Source of the DNA: Promethearchaeota archaeon
GTDB taxonomy: Archaea > Asgardarchaeota > Lokiarchaeia > Sigyniarchaeales > SOKP01
DNA: 63,703 nt
NCBI GenBank assembly: GCA_011364975.1
Contig: RDOE01000008.1
Location: 1 to 63,703 of the forward strand
Direction: 5' to 3'
The notes beneath the pieces are model-generated. The model worked only from the letters and a program-made list of their open reading frames with translations, ran no database searches and was not told where the DNA came from. Numbering within the stretch: position 1 is the first letter of the stretch; every line of letters begins with the position of its first letter. Of the stretch, positions 1 through 9,180 are shown in pieces. The position numbers and the translations under genes were made by a program.

Positions 1-42
1 ACTGTAAGTATAATTAATTTCTCCTTGGGGTATTATCCTTAA
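1..42 (+). CDS. possible 3' end of an upstream gene (partial, TVSIINFSLGYYP*)
   Basis: Frame 1 is open from the window edge to TAA at 40-42, just before the next ORF. Confidence 0.35.
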   Translation, partial: TVSIINFSLGYYP

Positions 43-45
43 GAG

Positions 46-567
46 GTGATTATGATGGGTAGATTCTTTAATCTGTTTAAAGGGTTTATATATATGGGAG
101 TATATATCACAACGACAATGGTTATTCCTTATTACACGTTTACGTGGATTAAGGAAGTTCAGATTTTAGGTGTAAATATTGTTTTGGAACAGCAAGATTA
201 TGAAAGAATTATCTTCTGGATCGGAGCTTTTGGATTTCTTATTTGTGCTTGTGCGTTTTTTAATTATTCTTCCCCTAAGCAATCAATTCGAAAAGGAACC
301 TTCGCACTAATACAAATCTTGTTAAACTGTATGTATATTTGGTCCTATAAGTTCAGTGGTGCAACAGAAGTGCGCTTTGAAATAGTATTTGCGGTAGCTG
401 GTATCGGTTTTATATCAGTAAATGTTCAAAATATGGTGATGCTTTATATGGGTATCTATTTTTTAACAATTGTACTCAAAGGTTATGATTTAGTGGATTT
501 CGTTGTTAATAGAGACAAAATTAGGGAAAATAGATATAAAACGGTAAAGGAGGAAGAAGAAAGTTGA
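46..567 (+). CDS. hypothetical membrane protein (~4 TM)
   Basis: 173-aa ORF with several hydrophobic segments; overlaps the next ORF by 4 nt. Confidence 0.7.
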   Translation: MIMMGRFFNLFKGFIYMGVYITTTMVIPYYTFTWIKEVQILGVNIVLEQQDYERIIFWIGAFGFLICACAFFNYSSPKQSIRKGTFALIQILLNCMYIWSYKFSGATEVRFEIVFAVAGIGFISVNVQNMVMLYMGIYFLTIVLKGYDLVDFVVNRDKIRENRYKTVKEEEES

Positions 568-1340
568 TTTTTCAAGCATCAGATATTATTCAGCTTATTG
601 CCGATATTGTTGCGGCTATTCTTAATTTTTTGAAGCCAATTGTATCACCAATGGGTTCTTGGATGGTAAGTTGGATTGAAGCTGCACTAAAGCTATTTCC
701 ACAAAATGAATTAATTTTCTACATTATAATGTTTGCGGTTATTGTTATTACGGGGTGCATAGTAAATATAGCATGGCCAGGAGACAAAAAACCAAAATTC
801 TTAGTTAAAAAGGAAGCAAAAAAGGAAGAATTAGTAGAAAAAGTGGAAAAAGTAGAAGAAAAAATAAAAAAGAAGACTGAAGAAAGCAAAAAGGAACTTA
901 AGAAAAAAGTAAAGAAAGTAAAGGAGAAAAAAGAAGCAGTAAAAGAAGAATCAGAAAAAAAGTTTGAGAAAATCGAGGAAGAAATAGAGGAAAAATTAGA
1001 GGAAGCTGAAGAAGAATTAGAAGAAAAACTTAAAGATATAGAAGAAGAAATTGAGGAGAAGAACGAAGTAGCAGAAGGAGATTCAGAAAAAAAATTAGAG
1101 GAAATCGAGGAAGAAATAGAGGAAAAATTAGAAGAAGTTGAAGAGGAATTAGAAGAAAAATTCGATGATATTGAGGAAGAAATTGAGGAGAAGTTAGAAG
1201 AAATAGAAGATATATCAAAAGAGAAGCTAAAAGAATTCACTGAAGATTTGGAGGAAAAAAACAAGGAAAACGATGAAAAACAAGAAGAAATTATTCAAGA
1301 TAAGAACGATAAGGAAAAGGAAGACTCCGAAAAAGAGTGA
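564..1340 (+). CDS. membrane-anchored protein with acidic 11-residue-repeat coiled coil
   Basis: N-terminal amphipathic and TM helix (LIFYIIMFAVIVITGCIVNIAW), then K/E-rich repeats of KLEExEEExEE. Confidence 0.75.
   Translation: MIFQASDIIQLIADIVAAILNFLKPIVSPMGSWMVSWIEAALKLFPQNELIFYIIMFAVIVITGCIVNIAWPGDKKPKFLVKKEAKKEELVEKVEKVEEKIKKKTEESKKELKKKVKKVKEKKEAVKEESEKKFEKIEEEIEEKLEEAEEELEEKLKDIEEEIEEKNEVAEGDSEKKLEEIEEEIEEKLEEVEEELEEKFDDIEEEIEEKLEEIEDISKEKLKEFTEDLEEKNKENDEKQEEIIQDKNDKEKEDSEKE
951..1214 (+). repeat. intragenic imperfect tandem repeat: 33-bp units inside a 132-bp duplication
   Basis: tcagaaaaaaa...aatcgaggaagaaatagaggaaaaattaga starts at 951 and again at 1083 (period 132 nt = 4 x 11 aa). 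Confidence 0.8.
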
Positions 1341-1364
1341 AAGCTTATTTTTTTATTTTTAAAT

Positions 1365-1991
1365 TTATTTTTTTATTTTTAAACTTAATTCAGCAACGCG
1401 TTTTCCTAAATCATAAGCTATTAGTCCTGCTAATTCATCAGTTTCATCTTTACCAACAAATTCTTTGAGGTTATATTTCTGCAAGCTTGTTATTGGAAGA
1501 TTTCCTTCCAATACTGGGCTTCCTAAGTTATTAGCTACTATGATCATTCCCTGAATTAATCCAAAATTAATTAGATCAGAAATGACTCCCTGTCCACCAT
1601 TTCTCAAACCAGTTGAGGCCATCGGAGCGAGAATTACATCTCTTAACAGATAATTTTTCATTTTCCAAGGTCTCGATCTGTCAATTAACACTTTTATTTG
1701 AGAACCAACAGAACCAAAGTAATTAGGGGCTGCGATTATTAATGCTGTGGATCCTAAGATAAGATCTTCTAATGCATTAGTATCATCCTCTTTTGCCAAT
1801 GGACAATCATTAGGAGATTTTAAACATGCATCGCAACCGTTACAAGGAATAATATTGTAATCAGTAATCTGTATTTTATTTATTGTGAAATCGGCACTTA
1901 CTGATTTTATTCCCTCAATTGCTTTATCAATTAGAAAATTACAGCTTCTATTCTTCCTAGGAGACCCAACAATTAGACTTACTTTTATCAA
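1365..1991 (-). CDS. flavodoxin family / iron-sulfur flavoprotein (NADPH-dependent FMN reductase fold)
   Basis: GSPRK start, CNGCDAC...C cluster motif, APNYFG. Confidence 0.85.
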   Translation of the reverse strand: MIKVSLIVGSPRKNRSCNFLIDKAIEGIKSVSADFTINKIQITDYNIIPCNGCDACLKSPNDCPLAKEDDTNALEDLILGSTALIIAAPNYFGSVGSQIKVLIDRSRPWKMKNYLLRDVILAPMASTGLRNGGQGVISDLINFGLIQGMIIVANNLGSPVLEGNLPITSLQKYNLKEFVGKDETDELAGLIAYDLGKRVAELSLKIKK

Positions 1992-2110
1992 TTTTAGTTC
2001 CTTTTAGTTTTTATTAATTATATCAATGTATGTGAAATATCACATTTAAATTTGTAATTAACCTAACTAATTATAATAAGAATATATTTTACATAAGGAA
2101 TGAATCTCTC

Positions 2111-2851
2111 ATGAGTTTTCTTGAAAAACTCGAAAAAGTGAAATCTAAAAAGCAACTTGTAGAAGATCTTGACTACTATAAGTCCTTGATAATTAAAAAC
2201 CATAGTAGTGAGGATTTTAAATCCGCTTTAGAAAAAATTAATTCCACGATTACACTAATCCATGAATACGAAGAACTTTTTGATCTAAAAAAAGAACTTT
2301 TAGAATTTACTAAACTTAAATTAAACATAAATTCGAATTTGCAAAAACACCAAGAGCTCTATTTTCGACGCTATAATAATCTATTGAAAGAAAATCTTAC
2401 AGAAACTAATCTTGAAGATTTTTCTAAGTTATTAGTGATGTTGAAAGATGAAATTGATAATAAATGCGATGAGTTTTTCTTACATGCTCTCTCTGATAAT
2501 ATTAATCAATATTTAAGGTTTATTAATCGAGTTTATGTAATTGTAAATACGTATAAATTGTTAAATTATCATTCTGCTTGTCAAAAAATCTTACAATTAG
2601 TAAAAGAAATTAAATCTATGAATTATCCTAATATAAAAGCTTTAATCTTATCTATTTATCAAAGATTATTATCAAAACAATTTACTAAATTTTCAAAACA
2701 ATATGAAAAACTTTCCCTTGAACAGTTATCTAATGAATTAGCATTAAATCCAGACCAATTAAAATCCTTCATTGATTTAATAATACAAAGTCCTAATAGT
2801 GTTATCAAGCAATTTAATTCTAATACTCAAGAAATAATATTCAAAAGGTAA
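2111..2851 (+). CDS. helical hypothetical protein with C-terminal PCI-like winged helix
   Basis: All-helical composition; C-terminal YEKLSLEQLSNELALNPDQLKSFIDLII resembles the PCI Y..isl..La..l.l....ve..l...I pattern. Confidence 0.55.
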   Translation: MSFLEKLEKVKSKKQLVEDLDYYKSLIIKNHSSEDFKSALEKINSTITLIHEYEELFDLKKELLEFTKLKLNINSNLQKHQELYFRRYNNLLKENLTETNLEDFSKLLVMLKDEIDNKCDEFFLHALSDNINQYLRFINRVYVIVNTYKLLNYHSACQKILQLVKEIKSMNYPNIKALILSIYQRLLSKQFTKFSKQYEKLSLEQLSNELALNPDQLKSFIDLIIQSPNSVIKQFNSNTQEIIFKR

Positions 2852-2877
2852 AAGAAAGCAAACTTTTAATTTCTTGG

Positions 2878-3801
2878 CTAAAGTGCGCGATAAAATTCTG
2901 GTCTAAGAATATCTTCATGACTTAAACCATAGTTTAAAACGCTAAGAATTTTCTCTTTATCGCGATCTAAAGTTCCTTTTATTGGAAGGTAATTGGAAGC
3001 ATGATTTGACCTAAAAATACACTGTGCTTTATTATTATGAAAATTAATCTTATTTATAAACAGTTTCAGTTCTTGGAGAATCTCTCGTGAATTCATTTCT
3101 TTGAATGAACCGCTAAGTTTCCTTCTATAGATTTCGGTTCCTTGCGGTACCATAAGGGTAAGGAACGCAATATACCATATTCTATCATCATCTGGGCAAA
3201 TCTTATTAACCAAATCAGCAGATTCCTCTGCATGAACCTTAGAAATATCGGGACGATTAGCTCCTCCAAGACCATTTATAAATGTAGCAGAAAGCATAAT
3301 GTCTGCTTTCATTAACTTCTTAGATGCTTCAATATAATCTGCTTTTGTTGCATTTTTATTTACTTCTTGCAACAATTGATCATATCCTGTCTCAAATCCA
3401 ACATATGCGATCTTCAGTCCTGCTTCTGAAAGCAGCTTTAATTGAGTATCTGTCTTCTTTAAAATATCTTTAGCATGAGCGTATACGCCTATTCTTTCTA
3501 AATTAGGTAAATTTTTCATTGCATATTCTGTTACCTCTAAAAGCTTATTAGTTGGTGTGACCATCGCATTCCCATCTAAAAAGAAAAGCTTTTGTATTAA
3601 ATTTCCAAATTTTCGTTTTGCAATGTCAACATCTTTTTTCACGTCATCAATTTCTCTGATTTTGAATTCCTTTCGAAGATTTGACATGCAAAAATCGCAT
3701 TTGAAAGAACAACCTTCAGTTAATTGGATTAATAGAGAATTGGCTTCACTTGGAGGCCTAAATACTGGTTGAATATAATAAATCCGTTCACTAGAATTCA
3801 T
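2878..3801 (-). CDS. radical SAM protein
   Basis: CSFKCDFC (CxxxCxxC), FRPPSEA.SLLI N-terminal motif, GFETG, NHASNY. Confidence 0.9.
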   Translation of the reverse strand: MNSSERIYYIQPVFRPPSEANSLLIQLTEGCSFKCDFCMSNLRKEFKIREIDDVKKDVDIAKRKFGNLIQKLFFLDGNAMVTPTNKLLEVTEYAMKNLPNLERIGVYAHAKDILKKTDTQLKLLSEAGLKIAYVGFETGYDQLLQEVNKNATKADYIEASKKLMKADIMLSATFINGLGGANRPDISKVHAEESADLVNKICPDDDRIWYIAFLTLMVPQGTEIYRRKLSGSFKEMNSREILQELKLFINKINFHNNKAQCIFRSNHASNYLPIKGTLDRDKEKILSVLNYGLSHEDILRPEFYRAL

Positions 3802-3855
3802 GTTTTCTTATTTGAACTTCATTAGTTTAGCTTATCATTTGATTAAGTAGGTAAT

Positions 3856-4614
3856 TCAATCAAAATCGTCTTCATCATCCTCTTCCTCTTCGTCTTCATC
3901 CTCATCATCGAATTCTTCATCTTCTTCATCTTCTTCCTCTTCGTCTTCTCCTTGCTCTCCTTTAGGTCTTTTAGAACATGAACTTATATGTCTACCCAAT
4001 CTTGAAAATTCTTTTCCACAATAGGGACATTTTTGTTTTCCTTTTATATCTTTAACTGCAGGTGTACCAGGCTTTTTCTTTTTCTTTCTCCCTCTTAAAG
4101 GTAGAACATCTTCTATACTCGCGTCATCTGGGGCAAATTCACAGCTTGCTAAATGTGTTCTTAAATCATCAAATATTTCTCCACAAAAAGGACATTCAAC
4201 ATCCGCAAATTCTTCAGCATCCCCTAATTCTTCTTTTCCTACTTTTCTTTTTTCAAATTTTAAAGGAACTTCTTCATCCTCTTCTTCAAATTCGTCAATG
4301 GTTAAGTCAATTTCTTCTTCACCTGTTAACTCTGCAATTTCAAAAGCTTCTAATTCGATCTTCTTTTCTTTTATCTTCTTTTCTGCTTCCTTACGGCTTT
4401 CTTCATATACATCTGGGATTTTACGATTAGTTTGAGAATACAACTCACAGACTTGGCAAACATAAGCCCTTCTACCAAGAATTAGGTCTCTTTCTGAACA
4501 ATAACATAGGGCTTGTAGACTATTTGATATATCTCCCATTGGAGTTAAATATTTACATGCGAATTTTCTTGAGTATTTAATTTTTTGTTTACGACGAGGT
4601 ATATAAATCACCAA
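3856..4614 (-). CDS. acidic protein with two C2HC zinc fingers and a Cys-rich N-terminus
   Basis: CPFC-x9-HLASC and CPYC-x9-HISSC, basic RGRKKKKK stretch, D/E tail. Confidence 0.75.
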   Translation of the reverse strand: MVIYIPRRKQKIKYSRKFACKYLTPMGDISNSLQALCYCSERDLILGRRAYVCQVCELYSQTNRKIPDVYEESRKEAEKKIKEKKIELEAFEIAELTGEEEIDLTIDEFEEEDEEVPLKFEKRKVGKEELGDAEEFADVECPFCGEIFDDLRTHLASCEFAPDDASIEDVLPLRGRKKKKKPGTPAVKDIKGKQKCPYCGKEFSRLGRHISSCSKRPKGEQGEDEEEEDEEDEEFDDEDEDEEEEDDEDDFD

Positions 4615-4703
4615 AAAAGAGTATGATATATAATTAATCTTAAAATATAATTTTTTTGATTTATTCGAGTAAGTAAGTCAAATTCATAGAGTTTCAAAAA
4701 ATA

Positions 4704-6257
4704 TTAGAAATTGTATTGAATATATTTTAGATCGTTAATCACTTTTTCTTTAATATTTATATCTTCAATATCAGAAATCATAACTTCAATAAAATCTCTT
4801 AATTCAATGATTTTTTCAATAAGAATTTCTGGTTTACTCCAGGGAGTTACTCTTAAAGGATGAGTGTGTAAAATCGCTTTATTATAATTTTCTATTGCCT
4901 CCCTGTAAAACAAACAAGCACTCCCAATATTTTTTACTTGTTTCTCATAAATGGTTCCAATTTTGTTAAAACACATACCTGCTCCAGCAAAATCATTAAC
5001 ATCAATGAAATCAACAGCAGCTTCCTCTATCTTTTTCAAATTATTTTGTATATTATAATCCCCCCCTTCCTTCAAACCAATATATCCAATAATGTAATTA
5101 GCAACTCCTTTATAAAATCGATTATCACTCTTATTAGCTAAATTGTATAATTCTTCAGAAAACCTCTTAGCATAAACGATATGATTATTTGAAAGTGATT
5201 TTGTAGCAATATCTCGCAATAAATCCATTACTCTATCTAATTCCCCAATTTCCTTTAATTTGTCTATTCCTTGCCTGTATTTTTCGATCCCTGTAAATGC
5301 ATCCTTTTTCTTGAAAGCAAGATTCCCTTCATATATTAATTGTTCTGCGTTTTCCTTTAGGGTGTTTAAATTGGTTTCATCCTTAAGATAAAAATTCTCC
5401 TCCCCAAACTTTATTTCTTCATTAAATGGGATATCAACAAGATTCTTAGAGGGTGGTTTTAAACTATTATTATTTATTTCATCCAAATCTTTATAACTAG
5501 AATCTAATTTATATTTCTCACTAAACGCAGTCTGGAGTGGTTTTCCCGCTGAAACTAATGAGGATAATTCGGTGAGTACATTAGCAAAAAAGAATTTATT
5601 TAAACCCTTAACAATGTAATCTACTTTATAATAATTATTCTCATATTCAGCAGAACTGGGATTCATATTAACATCCTTTAAGCGATAAATTTCAAATCCC
5701 GTATCATATTTAGTTAAAACATTGCCTTCAATATTTTCTTCTTTTTTCTGACCTAACAATGTATGGTCAAAAACTAGACCTATTGCATCCTCAAATTTAC
5801 CTTGAAATCCCAATTGGTTAATTAAATCAACATATGAAAAGAATAAAGATAAGCCCGGGTGAGAATGAAACCATCCAATAATGAAGTAACCTTTATTCTC
5901 TTGCTCTAATTCTTCAAGAAGCTTTTCAACATTACCATAATCACTTTCACTAAATTGCACATCAGTATCGTGACCGTAAGTCATAGGTATAGCCCTTTCA
6001 GCGTATACAAAATCATCATCGGCATATCCAATTAATAAACCATAAATTTCTTTCCAATTCTTTTTAGGGATTGAATCATTTGCATACCTACTAGCATATA
6101 AAATTATCGTCTTATATGTTTCAGCATTAAGCACTACTGCTTTTCCTACAATTGGCTCATTTTTCTCCTGCCGAATTTGATCTTCTTCTTCATTTGGGTT
6201 TAGTTTTGGGCCATCTTCATTTTGAGTTTTGTCTTGCTTTTTAGGCTCTTCAATCAT
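4704..6257 (-). CDS. MPN+/JAMM metalloprotease (Rpn11/CSN5-like) fused to TPR-like repeats
   Basis: KEIYGLLIG ... IGWFHSHPGLSLFFSYVD (H-x-H-x7-S-x2-D); C-terminal half has TPR-like helices (AGMCFNKIGTIY, ACLFYREAIENY). Confidence 0.9.
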   Translation of the reverse strand: MIEEPKKQDKTQNEDGPKLNPNEEEDQIRQEKNEPIVGKAVVLNAETYKTIILYASRYANDSIPKKNWKEIYGLLIGYADDDFVYAERAIPMTYGHDTDVQFSESDYGNVEKLLEELEQENKGYFIIGWFHSHPGLSLFFSYVDLINQLGFQGKFEDAIGLVFDHTLLGQKKEENIEGNVLTKYDTGFEIYRLKDVNMNPSSAEYENNYYKVDYIVKGLNKFFFANVLTELSSLVSAGKPLQTAFSEKYKLDSSYKDLDEINNNSLKPPSKNLVDIPFNEEIKFGEENFYLKDETNLNTLKENAEQLIYEGNLAFKKKDAFTGIEKYRQGIDKLKEIGELDRVMDLLRDIATKSLSNNHIVYAKRFSEELYNLANKSDNRFYKGVANYIIGYIGLKEGGDYNIQNNLKKIEEAAVDFIDVNDFAGAGMCFNKIGTIYEKQVKNIGSACLFYREAIENYNKAILHTHPLRVTPWSKPEILIEKIIELRDFIEVMISDIEDINIKEKVINDLKYIQYNF

Positions 6258-6335
6258 CGTTATAATAAAAAAATAAATAAATTGTAATCTATAGTTCTTA
6301 AAATAATATAAAACTGCTATTAAATAAAATTATCT

Positions 6336-7157
6336 TTAGATAATTTGATTATTTTTTTTTTTTAATTTCGTTTTCCTCCTTCCAGTTCCACTCCATGTAA
6401 AACCACTAAAATCAATATTAGAGTCACCACAAATTATTGCGAGTATAACAAGTAATAATGTAAGTATAACAATTGCAAGTGCTAAAAGAAGGGCGATAAG
6501 AACAATTGATAAAATTTTAAAGCTAATATATATCCAATTATTTTGGTCTGACTTTTTTACTGCTTTCGAACCCCAAAACATCAAAACTAAGGCTATAATG
6601 ATAATATATGCCAAGGAAAGAGGAACTGACAGTAAATAATTTTGTATATTGAATATAAAAACAAAAGATAATTCTCCCATAGTGCATCCAAATAGAAATA
6701 GAATAATATGACTCCAAACATAACCCTTTTTAAAATATTTTTTATTTAAAACAAATGATATAAAAACAACGATTAGATTTGCAATGAGAGACAAGAAGAC
6801 AAACATATGAATTTGAGGCAGGAAATCTGTGAATAAGACTATAGGTAGACTTAATATCCCTGCCAGGAACGAAAAGGAATAGAATGTTATTATTCCGCAA
6901 AATATCATATTCTTTTTTGAAAATATAAAGAATAAAACAAATAAAACCGCTTCAAGTATGATGGAAAAAATATATACTGGATATAATTGGTTTATCAATT
7001 CGAAATCTGTAAAGATATTACTGAAAAAAATTTCACCAATTAACCAGAATAAAGACCCAACTGTTAAAAAAGGATATATTTTTTTGACAAGAAGCCTTTG
7101 TTGCGAGACATCAAGAATATACTTCGAATGCTTTTTAGATTTTATTGTATTATTCAT
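6336..7157 (-). CDS. polytopic membrane protein, possibly Bax inhibitor-1/YccA-like
   Basis: About 7 TM segments; LVKKIY..L before TM1 resembles the BI-1 family start. Confidence 0.5.
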   Translation of the reverse strand: MNNTIKSKKHSKYILDVSQQRLLVKKIYPFLTVGSLFWLIGEIFFSNIFTDFELINQLYPVYIFSIILEAVLFVLFFIFSKKNMIFCGIITFYSFSFLAGILSLPIVLFTDFLPQIHMFVFLSLIANLIVVFISFVLNKKYFKKGYVWSHIILFLFGCTMGELSFVFIFNIQNYLLSVPLSLAYIIIIALVLMFWGSKAVKKSDQNNWIYISFKILSIVLIALLLALAIVILTLLLVILAIICGDSNIDFSGFTWSGTGRRKTKLKKKNNQII

Positions 7158-7184
7158 AAGATTTCACTCTTAAAATAATTATAA

Positions 7185-8399
7185 TTAAATTACTCCTTCT
7201 TTATTTAATTCTTTTATATCTTCACTCGAATATCCTAGTTCTTCAAGAAGTTCTTTAGTGTGTTTACCTAATTTTGGAGCTAAGGCTCTTATTTTTAAAG
7301 GTGTTCTAGAATACTTTATAGGGGAATTAACATTTTGAATCCTTCCAAACTTTGGGTGCTTTAGTTCTGCAACCATCTCACGAATTTTAATCTGGGGGTC
7401 ATCACAAGCTTCAGCAAAAGAGTTTACGGGCATAACGCAAGCATCTTTGCTTTTAAATATCTCAGTCCATTCTTTTTGAGTTTTTTTTAAAAATTCTTTT
7501 TCTAATTCTTGAAACACCTTTTCCTTTTCTTTTCCTTGGGTAAATTGCTTTAATAATAAGTCTTCACGCTGAAGTGTATTACATAATTCATGCCAAAATT
7601 TAACTTCTACAATCCCGACAGATACAAATTTATTATCCTTAGTTCTATACGTATTATAGAATGGTTGCTCTCCATGAAGAAAATTTTCATTCTCAATCCC
7701 ATCATTTAAATCTTTTGAAAAATGAAATGCGGCAACCAATGGCATGAAAGAAAAAACACAATCTGTCATAGAAACGTCAATATATTGTCCTAGCTTTTCT
7801 GGATTCTTCTCTCTCTCAATAATTGCGCCTAATATTCCGATTGTTGAAACTAGTCCGCCTCCAATATCTGCAATTTGGGCTCCGGGCGGTATCGGTTTTT
7901 TATCTAATTCCTGGTTAGGAGAAATCGATCTTTCTTTATTCAAACTCAATATACCGCAAATTCCAATATAGTTTAAATCATGACCCGCAATTTGTTCATA
8001 AGGACCAAATTGACCATAACCCGTCAAAGAGCAATAGATTATTGAGGGATTAATTTTATTAAGCGTTTCGTAATCAATTTTTAATTTTTTTGTTATTTTA
8101 GGTCTAAATGATTCTAAAACTACATCTGCTTTCCTAACTAAATCATAAAAAATCTCTAAACCTTTCCTCTTTTTCAAATTTAATGATATTGATTTCTTAT
8201 TTCTCATTAAAATTGAGTTAAATGCACTCTCACGATATCTGCCTTTTTGAAAGAAAGGAGGAGGGTTTGCATATGGATATTTTGGATCATTAATATGTAT
8301 AACTTCTGCTCCTAAATCGGATAAAATCATAGAACAGTAAGGACCTGGAAGCATTCTTGAGAGATCTAAAATTCTAACATTATTAAGTGGTAATACCAT
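7185..8399 (-). CDS. family III CoA-transferase (CaiB/BaiF)
   Basis: ILDLSRMLPGPY, DLGAEVI, RNKKSISLNLK, ESFRP, GYGQFGPY, GHD. Confidence 0.93.
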   Translation of the reverse strand: MVLPLNNVRILDLSRMLPGPYCSMILSDLGAEVIHINDPKYPYANPPPFFQKGRYRESAFNSILMRNKKSISLNLKKRKGLEIFYDLVRKADVVLESFRPKITKKLKIDYETLNKINPSIIYCSLTGYGQFGPYEQIAGHDLNYIGICGILSLNKERSISPNQELDKKPIPPGAQIADIGGGLVSTIGILGAIIEREKNPEKLGQYIDVSMTDCVFSFMPLVAAFHFSKDLNDGIENENFLHGEQPFYNTYRTKDNKFVSVGIVEVKFWHELCNTLQREDLLLKQFTQGKEKEKVFQELEKEFLKKTQKEWTEIFKSKDACVMPVNSFAEACDDPQIKIREMVAELKHPKFGRIQNVNSPIKYSRTPLKIRALAPKLGKHTKELLEELGYSSEDIKELNKEGVI

Positions 8400-8526
8400 A
8401 ACTTATTAAAGTGGTAAATCTGTAATTAAAATTTTTAAAAAATTAGCAATATTCGCTTCTCTTAAAAAAAACTAAAATTAAAGGGAATATGTTTAAAAAA
8501 CCACTTAAAGCTATGAATTCGGGTCA

Positions 8527-9039
8527 TTATAGGTTTATTATTTGCGCACTTAATTGATCTGTATCAATTATAGCAAATGTAGATTTTCCCGATAAATACC
8601 CACAAACTTCTCCAGGATTAACAACTAAAACACCATTTTCATATTTCTTATTTACAAACACATGAGTATGTCCAGATAAGATAATATCAAATTTTCCTGA
8701 TTTTGCTAAAGCATCAATAGTTTCTTGTTTTGGCATATGTGAAACATAGATTTTTTTCCCGCCTAATAATAATACCAATTCATTTCCATTATCAGCAAAT
8801 TTGCAAATTTGGCCTAAATTTTGTTTCAAAAATAGTTTTTCCCCATCATTATTCCCAAAAACACCATAAAAATTTTTCTTTATTGTGTCACTTAAATTAT
8901 CAAACCACAATTTAACAAATGGCGCGACAAAATCACCACAATGAATCAACGCATCGACGTTTTTTTCATTGATGATGTATACTGCCTTCAATATATTATT
9001 TTTATGGTCATGAGAGTCTGATACAACTGCTAGTAGCAT
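8527..9039 (-). CDS. YfcE/MJ0936-family metallophosphoesterase
   Basis: SDSH, HCGD, GNND, SH, GHTH, NPG motifs. Confidence 0.9.
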   Translation of the reverse strand: MLLAVVSDSHDHKNNILKAVYIINEKNVDALIHCGDFVAPFVKLWFDNLSDTIKKNFYGVFGNNDGEKLFLKQNLGQICKFADNGNELVLLLGGKKIYVSHMPKQETIDALAKSGKFDIILSGHTHVFVNKKYENGVLVVNPGEVCGYLSGKSTFAIIDTDQLSAQIINL

Positions 9040-9180
9040 TTATTAAATACCTTCCTTTTATTTTTAATCGTTTAGGTAAATATTATAAAATTTATTTTAA
9101 AAACATTATTTATATAAAAAGATAAATTAGAGAATAACCTATAATTATACTATTAACTTAAAAATAAAACCACTTCTGAT

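Noticed and set aside
951-1214. 33-bp periodic repeats as a possible CRISPR array
   Set aside because: In-frame coding repeats with no unique spacers and no cas genes
719-1264. 181-aa Ser/Phe-rich antisense ORF
   Set aside because: It is the reverse-strand shadow of the Glu/Lys repeat gene; the same applies to the other short ORFs nested antisense or out of frame within confident genes
8527-9039. Possible Vps29 (retromer) homologue
   Set aside because: Fully intact YfcE/MJ0936 phosphoesterase motifs common to prokaryotes; nothing specific to Vps29
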